Position numbers and translations under genes: made by a program | Assembly: GCA_010093815.1 (NCBI GenBank) | Contig: ML996568.1 | DNA length: 64,000 nucleotides | Reading direction: 5' to 3' (one strand) | DNA from: Pseudovirgaria hyperparasitica | Taxonomy: Eukaryota | In this document: piece by piece, positions 1 to 11,953 of the stretch | How positions within the stretch are numbered: position 1 is the first letter of the stretch | Layout: every line of letters begins with the position of its first letter | The notes under the pieces: model-generated | What the model saw: only the letters and a program-made list of their open reading frames with translations | The model's database searches: none | Told to the model about the DNA's origin: nothing

Positions 1-189
1 CTTCTGTAGGCTTGTCTCGGATTCAGACTCTGAAGGTGTGCCGTAGAAACGCTCGCGGAATTCCGATACGCCCTTGAGCTCGTCGTCGGAGCGCTTCGGC
101 CTCGGTGGGTTCGGCCATACCCAGTCGTTCCGGACGTTGTCCTGATAGAAACGACGAGCCTGCCGGGCAGCGCTCTGGTTTGTGTCCAT
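1..189 (-). CDS. 5' part of a gene running off the window edge; possibly a DUF4050/Gag1-like conserved fungal protein
   Basis: Not in the ORF track. Manual translation from ATG at 189 gives MDTNQSAARQARRFYQDNVRNDWVWPNPPRPKRSDDELKGVSEFRERFYG..., open to the edge. The ARRF..VRNDW.W motif recalls fungal DUF4050-type proteins (recognised from memory). Confidence 0.55.
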   Translation of the reverse strand, partial: MDTNQSAARQARRFYQDNVRNDWVWPNPPRPKRSDDELKGVSEFRERFYGTPSESESETSLQK

Positions 190-757
190 TGGGAAACGGC
201 TGAGGAACGACTGTGAAAGAAATCGTATAGTATGGCCAGCGAAGTGAGCGAGTGGAGAGTGAAGAGTGGTGGGCGTGCACAATTGCAGCGTGTAGACGGC
301 GTGCTTGGAAGCTGGTAGTGGTGACGGTGCACGGGCTAAAGTGTGGGGGGAGTATGGGCCAAGGTTCAAGGGAGGTCCGGAAGCCGGTGGTCTAGCCTTG
401 TCTTGCAAAGACTGAGGCTGGGCCCTAGCTCCAACGCCGGTGAAGCTGTCGCGTGTCGCGTTCGTGCGGTGAATGTTGATGCCAGAGCATTATTTAGAGG
501 TGGCAGAAGGGTGGTGTGAGAAAGTGTGTATATTAGTAATGCAGTTAAAACCTGAGCAAAAGTGTAACTAGCGGTCGTCGTCTTTCGGGCCTACGAGACG
601 GTCACAACCCCATAATAAGCAATAATAAGCCACGATATAATTATGATGGTTCGAGGGCCGGATGATCCAGCAAGGCGTCTCAGGCAACAAGGCAGCTAGG
701 CAGCCAGGCAGGTAATGGGCTGACACCAGATCAATTATCTTGCCGCCCGTCTAAAGT

Positions 758-3551
758 CTACGTATAGATACTCTCCGTAATATTGTTGACCTGCAAGCCC
801 TTTTCCGCCATCTCTGCATTCTCCAGGAATGTCAGAGGCATCCACACCAGGTGGCCTCGGATCTTGTCCAGCTCGGTCCTGATCTGCTCGACGCTCTTGT
901 CCTTGCCGAAGATATGGCCTTGTTTCTGCGCACCGGGAGGCAGGAACTTGGCATAGTCATCAAAGGACTTGATGGCGTCGTCCGGATCTGCGTGGAACAA
1001 GTCTCGGAACACTTCTGTATTTGTCGTGGCTTGACTAGTCCACATGTTCCACACATCGTCTGAGAGAGGGTCGGCGACAAAGTCCCAGTCTTCACCCTCC
1101 TCATAGCGGTTGGGTGAGTGCGTAGGTGGCTCGGCGTTTGGGTCGTCTTTGGCGTCAAGGGGAAGGTTGGGAAGCAGTCCAAGGTGCTCCATCCATAGTG
1201 TCCGGCGAAGTGTTGCAGCGTGGTGACCAGCCTGATACGACCGACCGTCCATTTTTGACTCCAAAACCTTCGTGTCGGTCATGACAATCGACAGTTCGGA
1301 GTCGTGGTAGCCGAGCTGTGACCGATCGTTGATGTTTGAGCTCCCGCAAACAGCAATCTTGTCATCGACGATGAGAAGCTTCGCGTGGATGTAGAGCTCC
1401 TCTTGCACGTAGTTGTCGATTTCTTGCTGAGAAGACTGCTCACTCCATCCCAGCTCGCTGACCTTCTTCTCTCCCTTAAGCGCACTCTTTGCGATACTGT
1501 CTTTGGACTCTGGTCCTTCCGCCTCCCCGCTAATACCGGCATGTTCACGCGCTGCTTCAAAGCGGCGTTTCTTATCGATCGTAGCCTCTTTAGCCGCATC
1601 GTTTGCATCGTCCGAGTCATAGCCGCCCTCACTTTCGCTCGATGAGTCTCCCGCTGCGCCTGAAACTCCAGTGCCCATGATCTCCTGCGCCTCGGCGCGC
1701 TGGACGTCTTGATACTTGACCCCGGACTTCTCCTCTTGTACCTTCATAGCTGGGGTAAAGTTCAGGCGATCATAGGAGCGGAGATTGAATACATAGACGT
1801 GTTCTGTAGTCATCAGTATTGATCTTTACGCTACCATATAGTAGCACTCACGAGTGGGATCAACGCCCTGCGCCTTGATTTGTTCCATGATACTGTTTTT
1901 GCCGCGATTGATAGACTTGTATTGATAGTCCATGATCGCGCGTGTTCCCATTGCAGCGTCATCTCTGAGGTCGCCAGCAAAACCAGGAATGGCAGGAATG
2001 ACGATTATCACTCTAAACTTCCTGTTCTCCTTACCAGCACGTACACAAGCATCGACAATAGCCTTGCCAATTTGGTTGTGAATCGGAGTCTGATCCTCAC
2101 CAGTCGCGGTGACTATTCATGTATCAATACCGTTCAGGGGACTTTTCTCGGAATCGACTCACTGAAGAATTGGTTCTCAATGTAAACATAGTGCTGTGCG
2201 TTACGAATGACTTCGCAGTAAGCATTCTGAATGCTGTGCTCGGGTGGGTCAAGACCGCTACTCCAGTCGGCACTACTCCGTACAATCTGAGCGTGGACAG
2301 TGCCCTGATCACTGCCAATGTTCTTGCTACTCAGTGGTGTCAGAGGGTGCTTGACGTATTCACCGACAGGGTATTTTGGTCGCTGAACCCCGACCAGATC
2401 CTCATCGTCACCCTGACGGCCTTCAAGCTCGAGCCAGTCGAATGGCTCGTCTCGCTTGTATTTGTCGCGCTTGCAAAAGTTCCAGCGTAGAACAAAATGC
2501 TCCGCAATGTCGTAAACACACGGCCCAACAAGTGCCATTGCAACGTCATGCCATGGCATACGTCCATACTCGGCCTTTGATAGTTCGTTCGTCTTCCAGT
2601 CCTCTACGGTCTGGAAATCCATGATGCGATTGTTGTTGAAATCTTGTCCTGGAAAGATTTCGTTCTGCACGCCGGCCGGGTGCACATCCGAAAGTGGATG
2701 GTCCTTTGAGTCCCATCTTCCGAAGCAAAGGTCAAGGCCACCAATGAACGCCAAATTATAGTCAATCACTATGAACTTCTCATGATGTGCCTAAGGTGCT
2801 GTCAGCTTCGCGAGTCACGGTTCGTCAGAGGAGAAATTCATGGCATACCCAGTAGAAAGTCATGTCTCCGGCATTCTCGAAGACGTTATGATCCGGATGG
2901 CGCATGATCTTGATATTACCATACCCTGGCGTGCCCTCTGGACATAATGCTCGTAGTGCGTGCTTCGTGTGCGCGCTGTTGCAAGTCAATGCTTGCTGCA
3001 CCTCCTTGTACACGATCACGTAGATTTTGACGCCAGCCTCTGCTTTTCGCTTCAGCACCTGATCAAGCCTCCATTCTTGGTTAAAGTATGGCGGCCTCCG
3101 TAGAAACTGTTTCTGTCAGGTGGAGGGCCGACCAGATCCACGGAATTGAACTCACCAGCTCTGGGGAGAGCCACCAATCTGCGATATAAATAGTCTCTTT
3201 TGCCTCTTCTAGTGCGGTCGACACTGCCCAGTAGTAGTCGCGACCGTCCACGTACCACTTGACATTGTTACCGTCACGTTCGGGCGCAAAACTCCCAAAG
3301 CGATGCTCTGCTGCTATCCTTTTCCTCTTCTCGTCCGTGATCTTCTCATGCTCCTCGTCATGGCGATGGTTGGAGTTGATGAGGTTGGCAAACTTGCCGA
3401 TCTTGTGCTTCAAGTGCGTAGCCTCCTCCTTGAAGCCGCCGATGTGCGTATCCTTGAGCTTCTCTCGCAGGTCTGAGAAGGGATGCTTCAGCGTGTCCTT
3501 GATCTTCTCTGATTTCGAGCCCGGGCCTGCAATATCGGTCTTACTCGTCAT
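758..3551 (-). CDS. PLD: Phospholipase D, short form lacking PX/PH domains; 5 exons (approx. 3551-3156, 3106-2849, 2790-2163, 2112-1852, 1803-758)
   Basis: Two HKD-type motifs (HHEKFIVID; YIHAKLLIVDD..CGSSNINDRS), plus WYVDGRDYY, IYIADWWLSPEL, GGLDLCFGRWD, PWHDV and YIENQFF. GT-AG introns join the ORF-track fragments in frame. Confidence 0.95.
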
Positions 3552-5802
3552 GTTTGATGCGGTGCTGAAGGTGATATACGTGAAAGTCTACAGGCAGCAC
3601 GTCGACCGAGATGTTGTCCAATCACTGCAACCAACGAACGACAATGAACGACGCAAAAAGCAGTATACACGTGAATGCAGGCGAGTGAAGAGACTGTCGT
3701 CGGCAGGCGTGTCCTTGTTTCTCACACATGTACTAGGCCCTGTAGGGTGGGACCTGGATGTACGTCATGCCGGCTGGCGGGGCACCACTGCCTTGGCAGC
3801 TGTCGGAAACGTCTCCCGGGTGCTTGACGCTGATCCTCAATGGTCCAAGCCACAGCTTCGTTCATGTGGCACAGTGGCTGAGAGTGTACAATTGCTGTAT
3901 CAAGCTCGGGCAGCCTGTCAGTCGAAACACGAACTCTGGCTGACAGCACATAAAAGAACATGCGAAGAGATCCCACTCGCAAACAAGTCTTCGTCAGAGC
4001 TCCACAACTCGTATTTATTCAATGCATAACCATCTTGAAGTAGGCCATGAATGATCTGTATGTTGCATTGGATACCAGAACGCTCACAGGATCTTGTACC
4101 ATTGGATCCTATGAACATGTGCCCTTCGACCGCCGCAATAGTTGATCATAGGTATAGCACATAGTGTACATGATTACATTTACCACCGAGCCTGAAAACA
4201 TATCTCAAAGTCTCAATCCAAGCACAATCCATATTGTTCTAGGACGCAAGAACGCCCATTCAGGCTGTTGATCATGGAGACCGGTCGGATTTCTGTTCAT
4301 GGTCAATGAACGGTGCCACGCCAGCTCTATCCCTAAGACATATCGTCCGTCTGGAACCCGTGCTATGACCGCGCATTATCACCGAGAAGCAGGTACTGCT
4401 CAATGTGATGAGCCCTAGCCAATGCTCAGTTGATTCTTTCCGTTCGACCTAGTAGTGTTCGAATACATGAAACAACAGTACTGTTTCGAAAGAGGCCATG
4501 GAAGCGGACAGAGATGATGCGAAAGACAAGACACGAGAGCAGAATGCTCATGAAACGCAGAGACAGGCGGAGACAGGAAGCTAGTGTACCCAAATCCTAA
4601 AGCCGATCTGTACATCATCACATAATAGACTTGAACCTCCTCTCAAAACAATAGAGAGACTAGGATATGAGCGATTGAACATGATGAAATTAGCAAAATG
4701 GAACCGTTGGGGGAACTTGATTGCATGTTTAATTGGTAGGTAAATTGCTTCTTTACTTGTTTGCTGGTATATGAACAGTGAGATTTGAGGGTTTTGAGAT
4801 TCCTTGACGGGGCATGTGAGTAGTATGTGAATTGAGTAACTTCCTGATGGTATACATGACCGTATAATAATACTGTAACAAAGTGACCAAGTAATACCCA
4901 ACACATCACGCGAAACCGCAGATATCCAAAAACAGTAAAGATACAAAAGATCTGCCACTGGAAGGCAAAAGACAACGCCGTACTAGGCTCTATATATATC
5001 GCGAAACACATCCAGCCCTACTGAAACAGATCCCTAGCACATCGTATCGATCCCACAGAAAAGCATTCCACGGCCCCCGTCCGCGTCTCACGCCTATCTA
5101 CAAATGAAACAAGCCACGCACCGCAAAAACATGCATTCACACAGGGCCACGACGTCGTCTCGCCGCCAGCCATACACTAACAATCCTAGATACGCAGATA
5201 ACGATCACCAAACGACACTCAATCAACGACAGCAAACGGCAATCCTCACATTCCGATAAAGTCCCTTTTCCCGCCCCTCGTGGACAAGGACCAGTAGTAT
5301 CCCTGCCCAGCCAATTCAGCGCGGGACGTTTTTGGTTTCCGTTTTATGCAAAAAACAAAAAAAACGACACTGTTTAGATACGAGCGGGCGAATGGGCGAG
5401 TGGACGGATGGGCGAACGCAGGGCGGCACACATATACTTACTTACTTACTTACACACGTACACACACATACGCACGCACGGGATCCAAGAGCGGCACCGG
5501 CCCGCCAATGGGAGTTTTGGATCTGACAGCTTGTCAGATTGCCTGTCTGGCTGTCGGTCATCAGGAGTGGCAAAGGGGCGTCGTCGAAGGGGTGCCAGAG
5601 GGGTGTGAGCATGAGAGTGTGGCACTTTCAGCTCGACAGGCTCTGCGGCGTCTGTCTGTCTGGCTGTCTGGTCTTGTCTTGTCTTGTCTATCTGTCTCAT
5701 TACACACACACACATACGCATACATACATACATACATACATACATACACATCACCGGCGTCAACACCACCAATCCAGCAGTCCAGCCAGCCAGCCAGCCA
5801 GT

Positions 5803-5868
5803 AGAAGCAGAAGCAGAAGCAGAAGCAGAAGCAGAAGCAGAAGCAGAAGCAGAAGCAGAAGCAGAAGC
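5803..5868. repeat. (AGAAGC)11 microsatellite
   Basis: Perfect hexamer array seen directly. It generates the spurious (EA)n, (RS)n and (CF)n ORFs. Confidence 0.95.
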
Positions 5869-6884
5869 AGCAACAACACATGCCGTAACACCCACCTCAC
5901 CCACCACTATCATCCCCCATCACTCAAACACGGATAACTTATTCCTCGTCCACCATACCATACCATACCACACCACACCACACCATACTATCCAGGCAAA
6001 GATGATACCCTTTCCTTCCCCTGTCCTATATAACACACAATCACAAACACCCATCCACACCCCCCGCGCCCCTCTCCTACGCCATCTCTCCCCACCCCCC
6101 TGCGACTTGCGGGACAGGAAGACAGGGACAGGGGGTTCACGCAGGCGCAGGCGAAGCGTTGCTCAGAGGAGGCGAACGAAGGCTGTCTTGGCTGCGAGTG
6201 AGTGAGTGAGTGAGTGAATGATGGATTGTGGACGGCCAGTGTCAGGGCCAGTAGAGAGTAGGTACAAGGGGTGAGGAGAGGGACCATCCTCCCCCCTCCG
6301 TCTCACTCTCACTCTCACGCTCAAACAGTAGGCAGTTGTGCTTCACATTTGATACATGGCCAGACAGGCAGGGGGGGAGTCACGACATGGCTGGACGACA
6401 GAACACAACAGTCAACAGGACAGTAATGCTCGGCCGAATACGCAGTTGAATGGATATATCCTCTGTTGTGTCGCGGGGACGCAAGGGGTAGTAGGTATTA
6501 CGGCGAGAAATTCTGCGGAGACAAGATGGCAGAGAGCGGGAAAAGAGTAGAGAATATGCGAAACCAGGGGAAGTATGTACAATATATCAGTGAAAGAAGG
6601 ATATGCGAATCAGGGACCGGGCGTGTAATGTTAGTTTATGTGTGAAACGCAAGTAAGTACGAAAGAAAGAAAGAAAGAGAGAAAAAGAGAAGAGAAGGAG
6701 ACGAAAAGAAAACCATCCACCCGGTGGCGGCAGAGGCGTCAGAAAGGGACCTCAGTTGACAGAACTCGAGGGTTACTCAAGCGTCCAGCTGTATTATGTA
6801 TACTATACGAGGCGGCTATTATACGTAATATCTAAGCCGTCTTACTAAGTAATATAGAATAAGCTTAAAGCACGTGTATATCCG

Positions 6885-7310
6885 TAGCCTATAAGGTTTA
6901 AATTAGTCAAAAACACGTGTAATTAGTGTTGTGTGTTGTTTTGAAGCCTGTGAGGTCAAAATCAGTCAAAATCAGTCAAAAACACGTGTAATCAGTGTTG
7001 TTTTGAAGCCTGCAAGGTCAAAATCAGTCAAAATCAGTNNNNNNNNNNNNNNNNNNNNNNNNNNNNNNNNNNNNNNNNNNNNNNNNNNNNNNNNNNNNNN
7101 NNNNNNNNNNNNNNNNNNNNNNNNNNNNNNNNNNNNNNNNNNNNNNNNNNNNNNNNNNNNNNNNNNNNNNNNNNNNNNNNNNNNNNNNNNNNNNNNNNNN
7201 NNNNNNNNNNNNNNNNNNNNGTCAAAATCAGTCAAAATCAGTCAAAATCAGTCAAAAATACGTGTATATATGTTATTTTAAAGCCTATAAGGTTAAAATT
7301 AGTTAAAATT
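6885..7310. repeat. Nested minisatellite: ~50-60-bp unit (AAGCCTG..GGTCAAAATCA..CACGTGTAATCAGTGTTGTTTTG) containing 10-bp GTCAAAATCA subrepeats
   Basis: Copies are visible on both sides of the N gap at 7039-7220. Confidence 0.85.
7039..7220. other. Assembly gap (182 N)
   Basis: Run of N flanked on both sides by GTCAAAATCA repeats, probably a collapsed tandem array. Confidence 0.99.
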
Positions 7311-9226
7311 ATATATACTATAGAGAGAGAGGAGAAGGAAGAGAGGGAGAGAGAAAGAGAAAGAGAGAAGAATAAGAGGCGGATAGAAGTGTACCAGAGA
7401 TTACTTCGGCTAAACTAATGACTACATGATTACTCAGTAAAGCTTTGTTTCGAACATTTAGAACACTAAAATACGCTGGACGCTTGAGGAACCCTCCAGA
7501 ACTCACTTCCCTCACAGATGGACACTACTGCTAAAACTGCAAACACGCTTCTCACAGCACACGCCGCCCCCTCCCTCACTCACCCCCCCCGAGCCGCCCG
7601 AGGACGAGGGGAGGACGGCGGCCGGCCGTGCGAATCGCAGATCGCAGATCGCGAATCGTAAAATCGTGAAATCGCATAATTGATTGGGGAAGGAGGGGCG
7701 GGTGGCCCACAAAGGGTGCGGGATCTTAGTTACTTGCTCTTTCCTTGCTTTATCTTGTCGTGCCTGGCGTTGCGTTGCGTTGCCTTGACAATGCGAGGTT
7801 GGGTGTTGAGGATGGAGGGATTCATGGCTGGCTGGGCGCTGGTATGTGTATGTATTGATTTATTTTTTGTTCGTGCCTATCTACTACTTGCCTGCCTATC
7901 GGTCTCCTCCCCTTTCTTTCCCGTCTCTCGTCCTAGGTATGAGTATGGCATGAGGAGTATATGTCATAGCAATGAATCTCTCCTAACTTGTAAACGAACA
8001 CACAATATCATCATCACTTGATTCATGCATGCAAAGTGGTGTCAATGTGCCAACGTGCCAATGTGCCAGTGTGCATGCAACCTGTCGGCCAGCAGACCGA
8101 GCCAGCCAGCCAGCCAGCCAGCGAGCGAGCGAATCTGCCAATCTGCAAGACACGAGGAAAAGAGAAGAAAAAGAAAAAGACAGAGACAGAGACAAAGACA
8201 CAAAGAACAAGACACAAAAAAGCGTTAAGAAAATCCAAGAAAGTAAAAACAAGACAAAAACGAGAGCAATATTTGTCAAAAAAAAAACCCTCCCCCAATC
8301 GTCGTCACACTGCAGAAACTGGTCGGTGCCAAAACCAAAAAAAAAGCCCGGAAGCCAAAAACTCAAAAAACTCTAAAAGCCGAAAGCCAAGAATGTAAAA
8401 TAACGTGCCTAGGAGGAGGAGGGGCTGGGATGCAATTGCAATACATACATATGGAAAGACATACGATATAATTACATGACATACAATTCCTTCTTCTTCT
8501 TCTTCATCTCCTTCTTATAGGTAGGTACATAACAACTGCCCACTACCTCTCTCTCTCATCATCTCTACCCGCCATCTCGCCTATCTGCCTGTCTGCTGCC
8601 CGTAGTCTCGATATGGCGCACGCACGCACGCACGCACGCACGTACGCACGCACTCACGAGCCCAGCCATACGGGACGAAGTCCAGAATTCCAAATGGTTC
8701 GTCTCGGCATCGGCAGTCTGTCTCGCCTGTTTTCTCCCCCCGTGCTCTCGTCCCCTCTTCGGATCTCTCCTGCGTACTGTTTGGATGTTGACGTTGGGGC
8801 TTTACCTGGGTTGTGTGTGCGTGTGTGCATTGGCTTGGTTGTTGTAATTGGAGTACGGGGATAGTATTTATCTGGCTGTCTGGTTGACTGGCTAGCTATC
8901 CGGCAAGCAAGAACTACATACTACATACTACATACCACCACGAACCAAATACCAACGACCAAGCCCGCCCGCGCAAACAGACGTTTGAAAAACTCCAGAT
9001 CCAGACATTCATCGCCAACGGCCGTGTGTTTAGCGCTTCGGGGGCTTGAAGGGCTTGTGGGGGGGTGTAATTCAGTTCGGAAAGGGCAAGATCAGATCTG
9101 CACGAACGGTTTTATTCTTCTTTCTGTTTTTATAGTTTTTTTTTTCTTGGGCGAACATCTCGGCATAGCTATGTGCGTGCGTAGGTTCAGTCGGTCGTTT
9201 AGAGGTTGAAAAAAAAAAGGGGTTGA

Positions 9227-9257
<31 letters not shown>

Positions 9258-11868
9258 TAATTGTTGAGAGACAACATGCGTCTGTTCTATTTCATTCTAT
9301 TATGCCCCCCCGTGTATCTATCCATCCTTGATCAATACTAGGTACTACGAAGAAGGACAAAAGACTAGAAAAGTCCCGACTGTTGTTGACACAGGGCACG
9401 GCACGCACACCCACGCACGCAATGACAGACGTTCGGCCGAGGGTCTGGTGTGTCGTAGCCAGCTAGCCGACCTGCCATTGGCTAGTAAGACACTTTCCGC
9501 GGAGTACAACAGGACCTGTTCCTGTCTAGACATCTAGATGGTCACATGTGTACACAGTGTGCGGATAGCAGGGCAAAGAAAGGCAGGGTAGGGTCAGGGT
9601 CAGGGCAAGGTAGATGGATGGATGGATGGATGGAATAGGCAATAAACCATCTAATTGCCCAGGTCAAAGAACCCCTGCCCGGAGTAGAGCGGGACAGGAC
9701 ACAGCGGTCGGTTGGGATCAGAAAGAAAGAAAGCAAGCAAGCAAGCAAGCAAGCAAGCAGGAAAGAAGAAAGAAAAAAAGGATGAAAGTTTGGGATTGGC
9801 GATGTTCCCCGGGATCATGGGTTATCAGAGTTGTTCGCCATGGCAGACAGGCACGGGCAGAGCAGGGCGATTAAGGGCAGGGCAAGTAAGGGAGCACGGC
9901 AGCGCTAGTCCCGAAGCAGGGAGTGCAAGCCTTTGGTGAAAGGAGACTCGGGGTCGGACATGGCGGGGCGTCCTCCTCCTCCACGACGACGACGCGCAGT
10001 CAGTAGTCAGGTCCCCTGTCCGGCTGTTCGTGCTGCACATACAGGGTCGACCGAACAAATTAATACCAGCATGGGTGGTGGCTTAGAAGGAAAAGATTTG
10101 TTATTACAGTATAGTAAAAGTAGCACCGGAAGGAATGAAGGAATGACCTCTATTAGCGAGCCAAGCAAGAAAAAGAGAGAGAGGCCCAGCTGAAAGGAGA
10201 TTAACGAGGAGGAAGAGAGAGAGAGAGATTATGCCGAAAAGCTATAAACGGAAATGCTCGGTGCGAAGAGATGGGGTAGGAATGCTGGGTCCTGGTCCTG
10301 GTCCCTTGGGATAGTGTAGTAATTAGTAGAGAGGACGAGCAGAGTAGAGTAGAGTAAGTGTGTGGAGTGTGTAGAGAATAGAATAGAGAGTTATTGGAAA
10401 AGACCGGGATAGCTGCGATCAAAGAAGATCAAGGGATCTGATGCAGAGCAGATGCATCATCCCATCATCCAGCATATCCATGCCATGTCTTCTACCCTGT
10501 CCCCCCCTCCCCCCCCCCCCCTCCTTTGTCTCGTTTCCCGAAACCCCCCAATGACAGGCCAAGCAGCTGGACGGTGACGTTGACGTTGCTGGGGCTCCTT
10601 GCGCGCCGGGCGGCAGCCCGCCCGTTTGATAGGCGTAGACCCAGATTACTGAACACTTGGGTACTTGGGAGCAGCTAGTCGGCCAGCCAGCCAGCCAGCC
10701 TACCAGTGCCCAGTGGGAGCAGCCCATCACTTTCTCGAATGCTAAACCGCGAGTCGGTCGTGCATGTTCCCATGTTCCATGTCCACATGTGTAATGTCAT
10801 CCACCACACTCGAAGTGAGCGGCGGCTAAACGTGAGAGATGGGAAAAGATGGCATTGTGTTGTGTTGTGAGCGAGTCATAGCTGGCCTGATCGGCGCCCG
10901 TCAATGTGTCGCGCAACCAGCAAGCAGCGACGACGGCGCGCGAAAAGATGGCAGCGGGCAAAGGCGATCAGGTCCCCATAATAATCAATAATATATATCC
11001 AAAAGACATGACTCTTTTCTCAAGTCGCAATGTCGCTTGGTTGTCGTTGTGCATTGTTCAAGAAAACAGGAGGGAGACCAGGCACGAGCATCCGAGCAGA
11101 TGGCGTCTACCCGCTGCTGTCGCTGCTGCTGGGGCTCCGTGCTGTCGGGTCCAGCAGCAAGATTTTTGACACCCGTTGCCCGCGCGTACTGTAGGTGCCA
11201 GCTGTGTGGTGAGTGGGTGGCTGTGGCTGTGGCTCTGCTCTTTGCCGACGACGCCAGCACTTGGATCCACGGGCATATGCTGCTTCATTACATACGATCC
11301 GTTTCACATCCATGAATGGCATACGCTGCTTAATCAACACAATCATACATACCAGCACACATTGCTATGTACCGTACATCTAAACAAGGAGGAGGAACGC
11401 GCGCGCAGAAAGGCCAGTCATGATTGGCCCCGGAAGCAGCGGCGAGAGAAGGGCCTTTGATATGCTCTCGTTAATCTGGTGATGGAAGAAGCCGACGACG
11501 ACGACGACGACGGATGATGGCTGGATGGGATGTTTGATCTATGTTGTGGATCCAGCAGCAAAGCAGCCCCCCTCCCCCTGCCAGTCCCTTGCCCTGGCTT
11601 GTCCGAGATGGTGGGATCCCAGAGATCTATACAATCTCCATCGTACAAAGAAACGGAAACCCATTTCTGGTCGCGCGCACAGATCCATGCTCGAACTAGC
11701 GAGGGATGTAAGTAGTCGTAGGTACCTCGATTGACTGGCATGGGGATCCCGTATGGGCATGCTTGTTTGGGAAAGCACAGTTGTTGTTGATGTTACACGG
11801 AATGGAATTGCAGGTGATGGCATGTCTCATTTCCATCAGTCGCAGCAGCAGTGTACATCCGGTATGGT

Positions 11869-11953
11869 ATCCAGCATCTAGCATCCAGCATCCAGCATCC
11901 AGCATCCAGCATCCAGCATCCAGCATCCAGCATCCAGCATCCACAGCATCCAA
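11869..11953. repeat. (CATCCAG)n heptamer tandem repeat
   Basis: About 11-12 near-perfect copies seen directly. Confidence 0.9.

Larger units (their letters stand above)
6768..7496. mobile_element. Non-autonomous class II (TIR) element, MITE-like, containing an assembly gap
   Basis: Left end GAGGGTTACTCAAGCGTCCAGCTGTATT (6768) matches the reverse complement of the right end, GAGGGTTCCTCAAGCGTCCAGC-GTATT (ends 7496). CAGAACTC is duplicated at 6760-6767 and 7497-7504. The interior is AT/TpA-rich with no transposase ORF in the resolved sequence. Confidence 0.85.

Noticed and set aside
3259..4029. 256-aa + strand ORF
   Set aside because: Antisense to PLD exon 1 and its promoter, non-ATG start, no recognisable motif.
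4581..5011. AT-richer stretch with two ~120-aa minus-strand ORFs, a possible transposon relic
   Set aside because: No TIR, LTR, TSD or transposase/RT motif found, so it cannot be supported.
6885..7310. Repeat array superficially like a CRISPR, iteron or telomere array
   Set aside because: Eukaryotic context, no unique spacers, no cas genes, and not TTAGGG. It is explained as the internal minisatellite of a TIR element.
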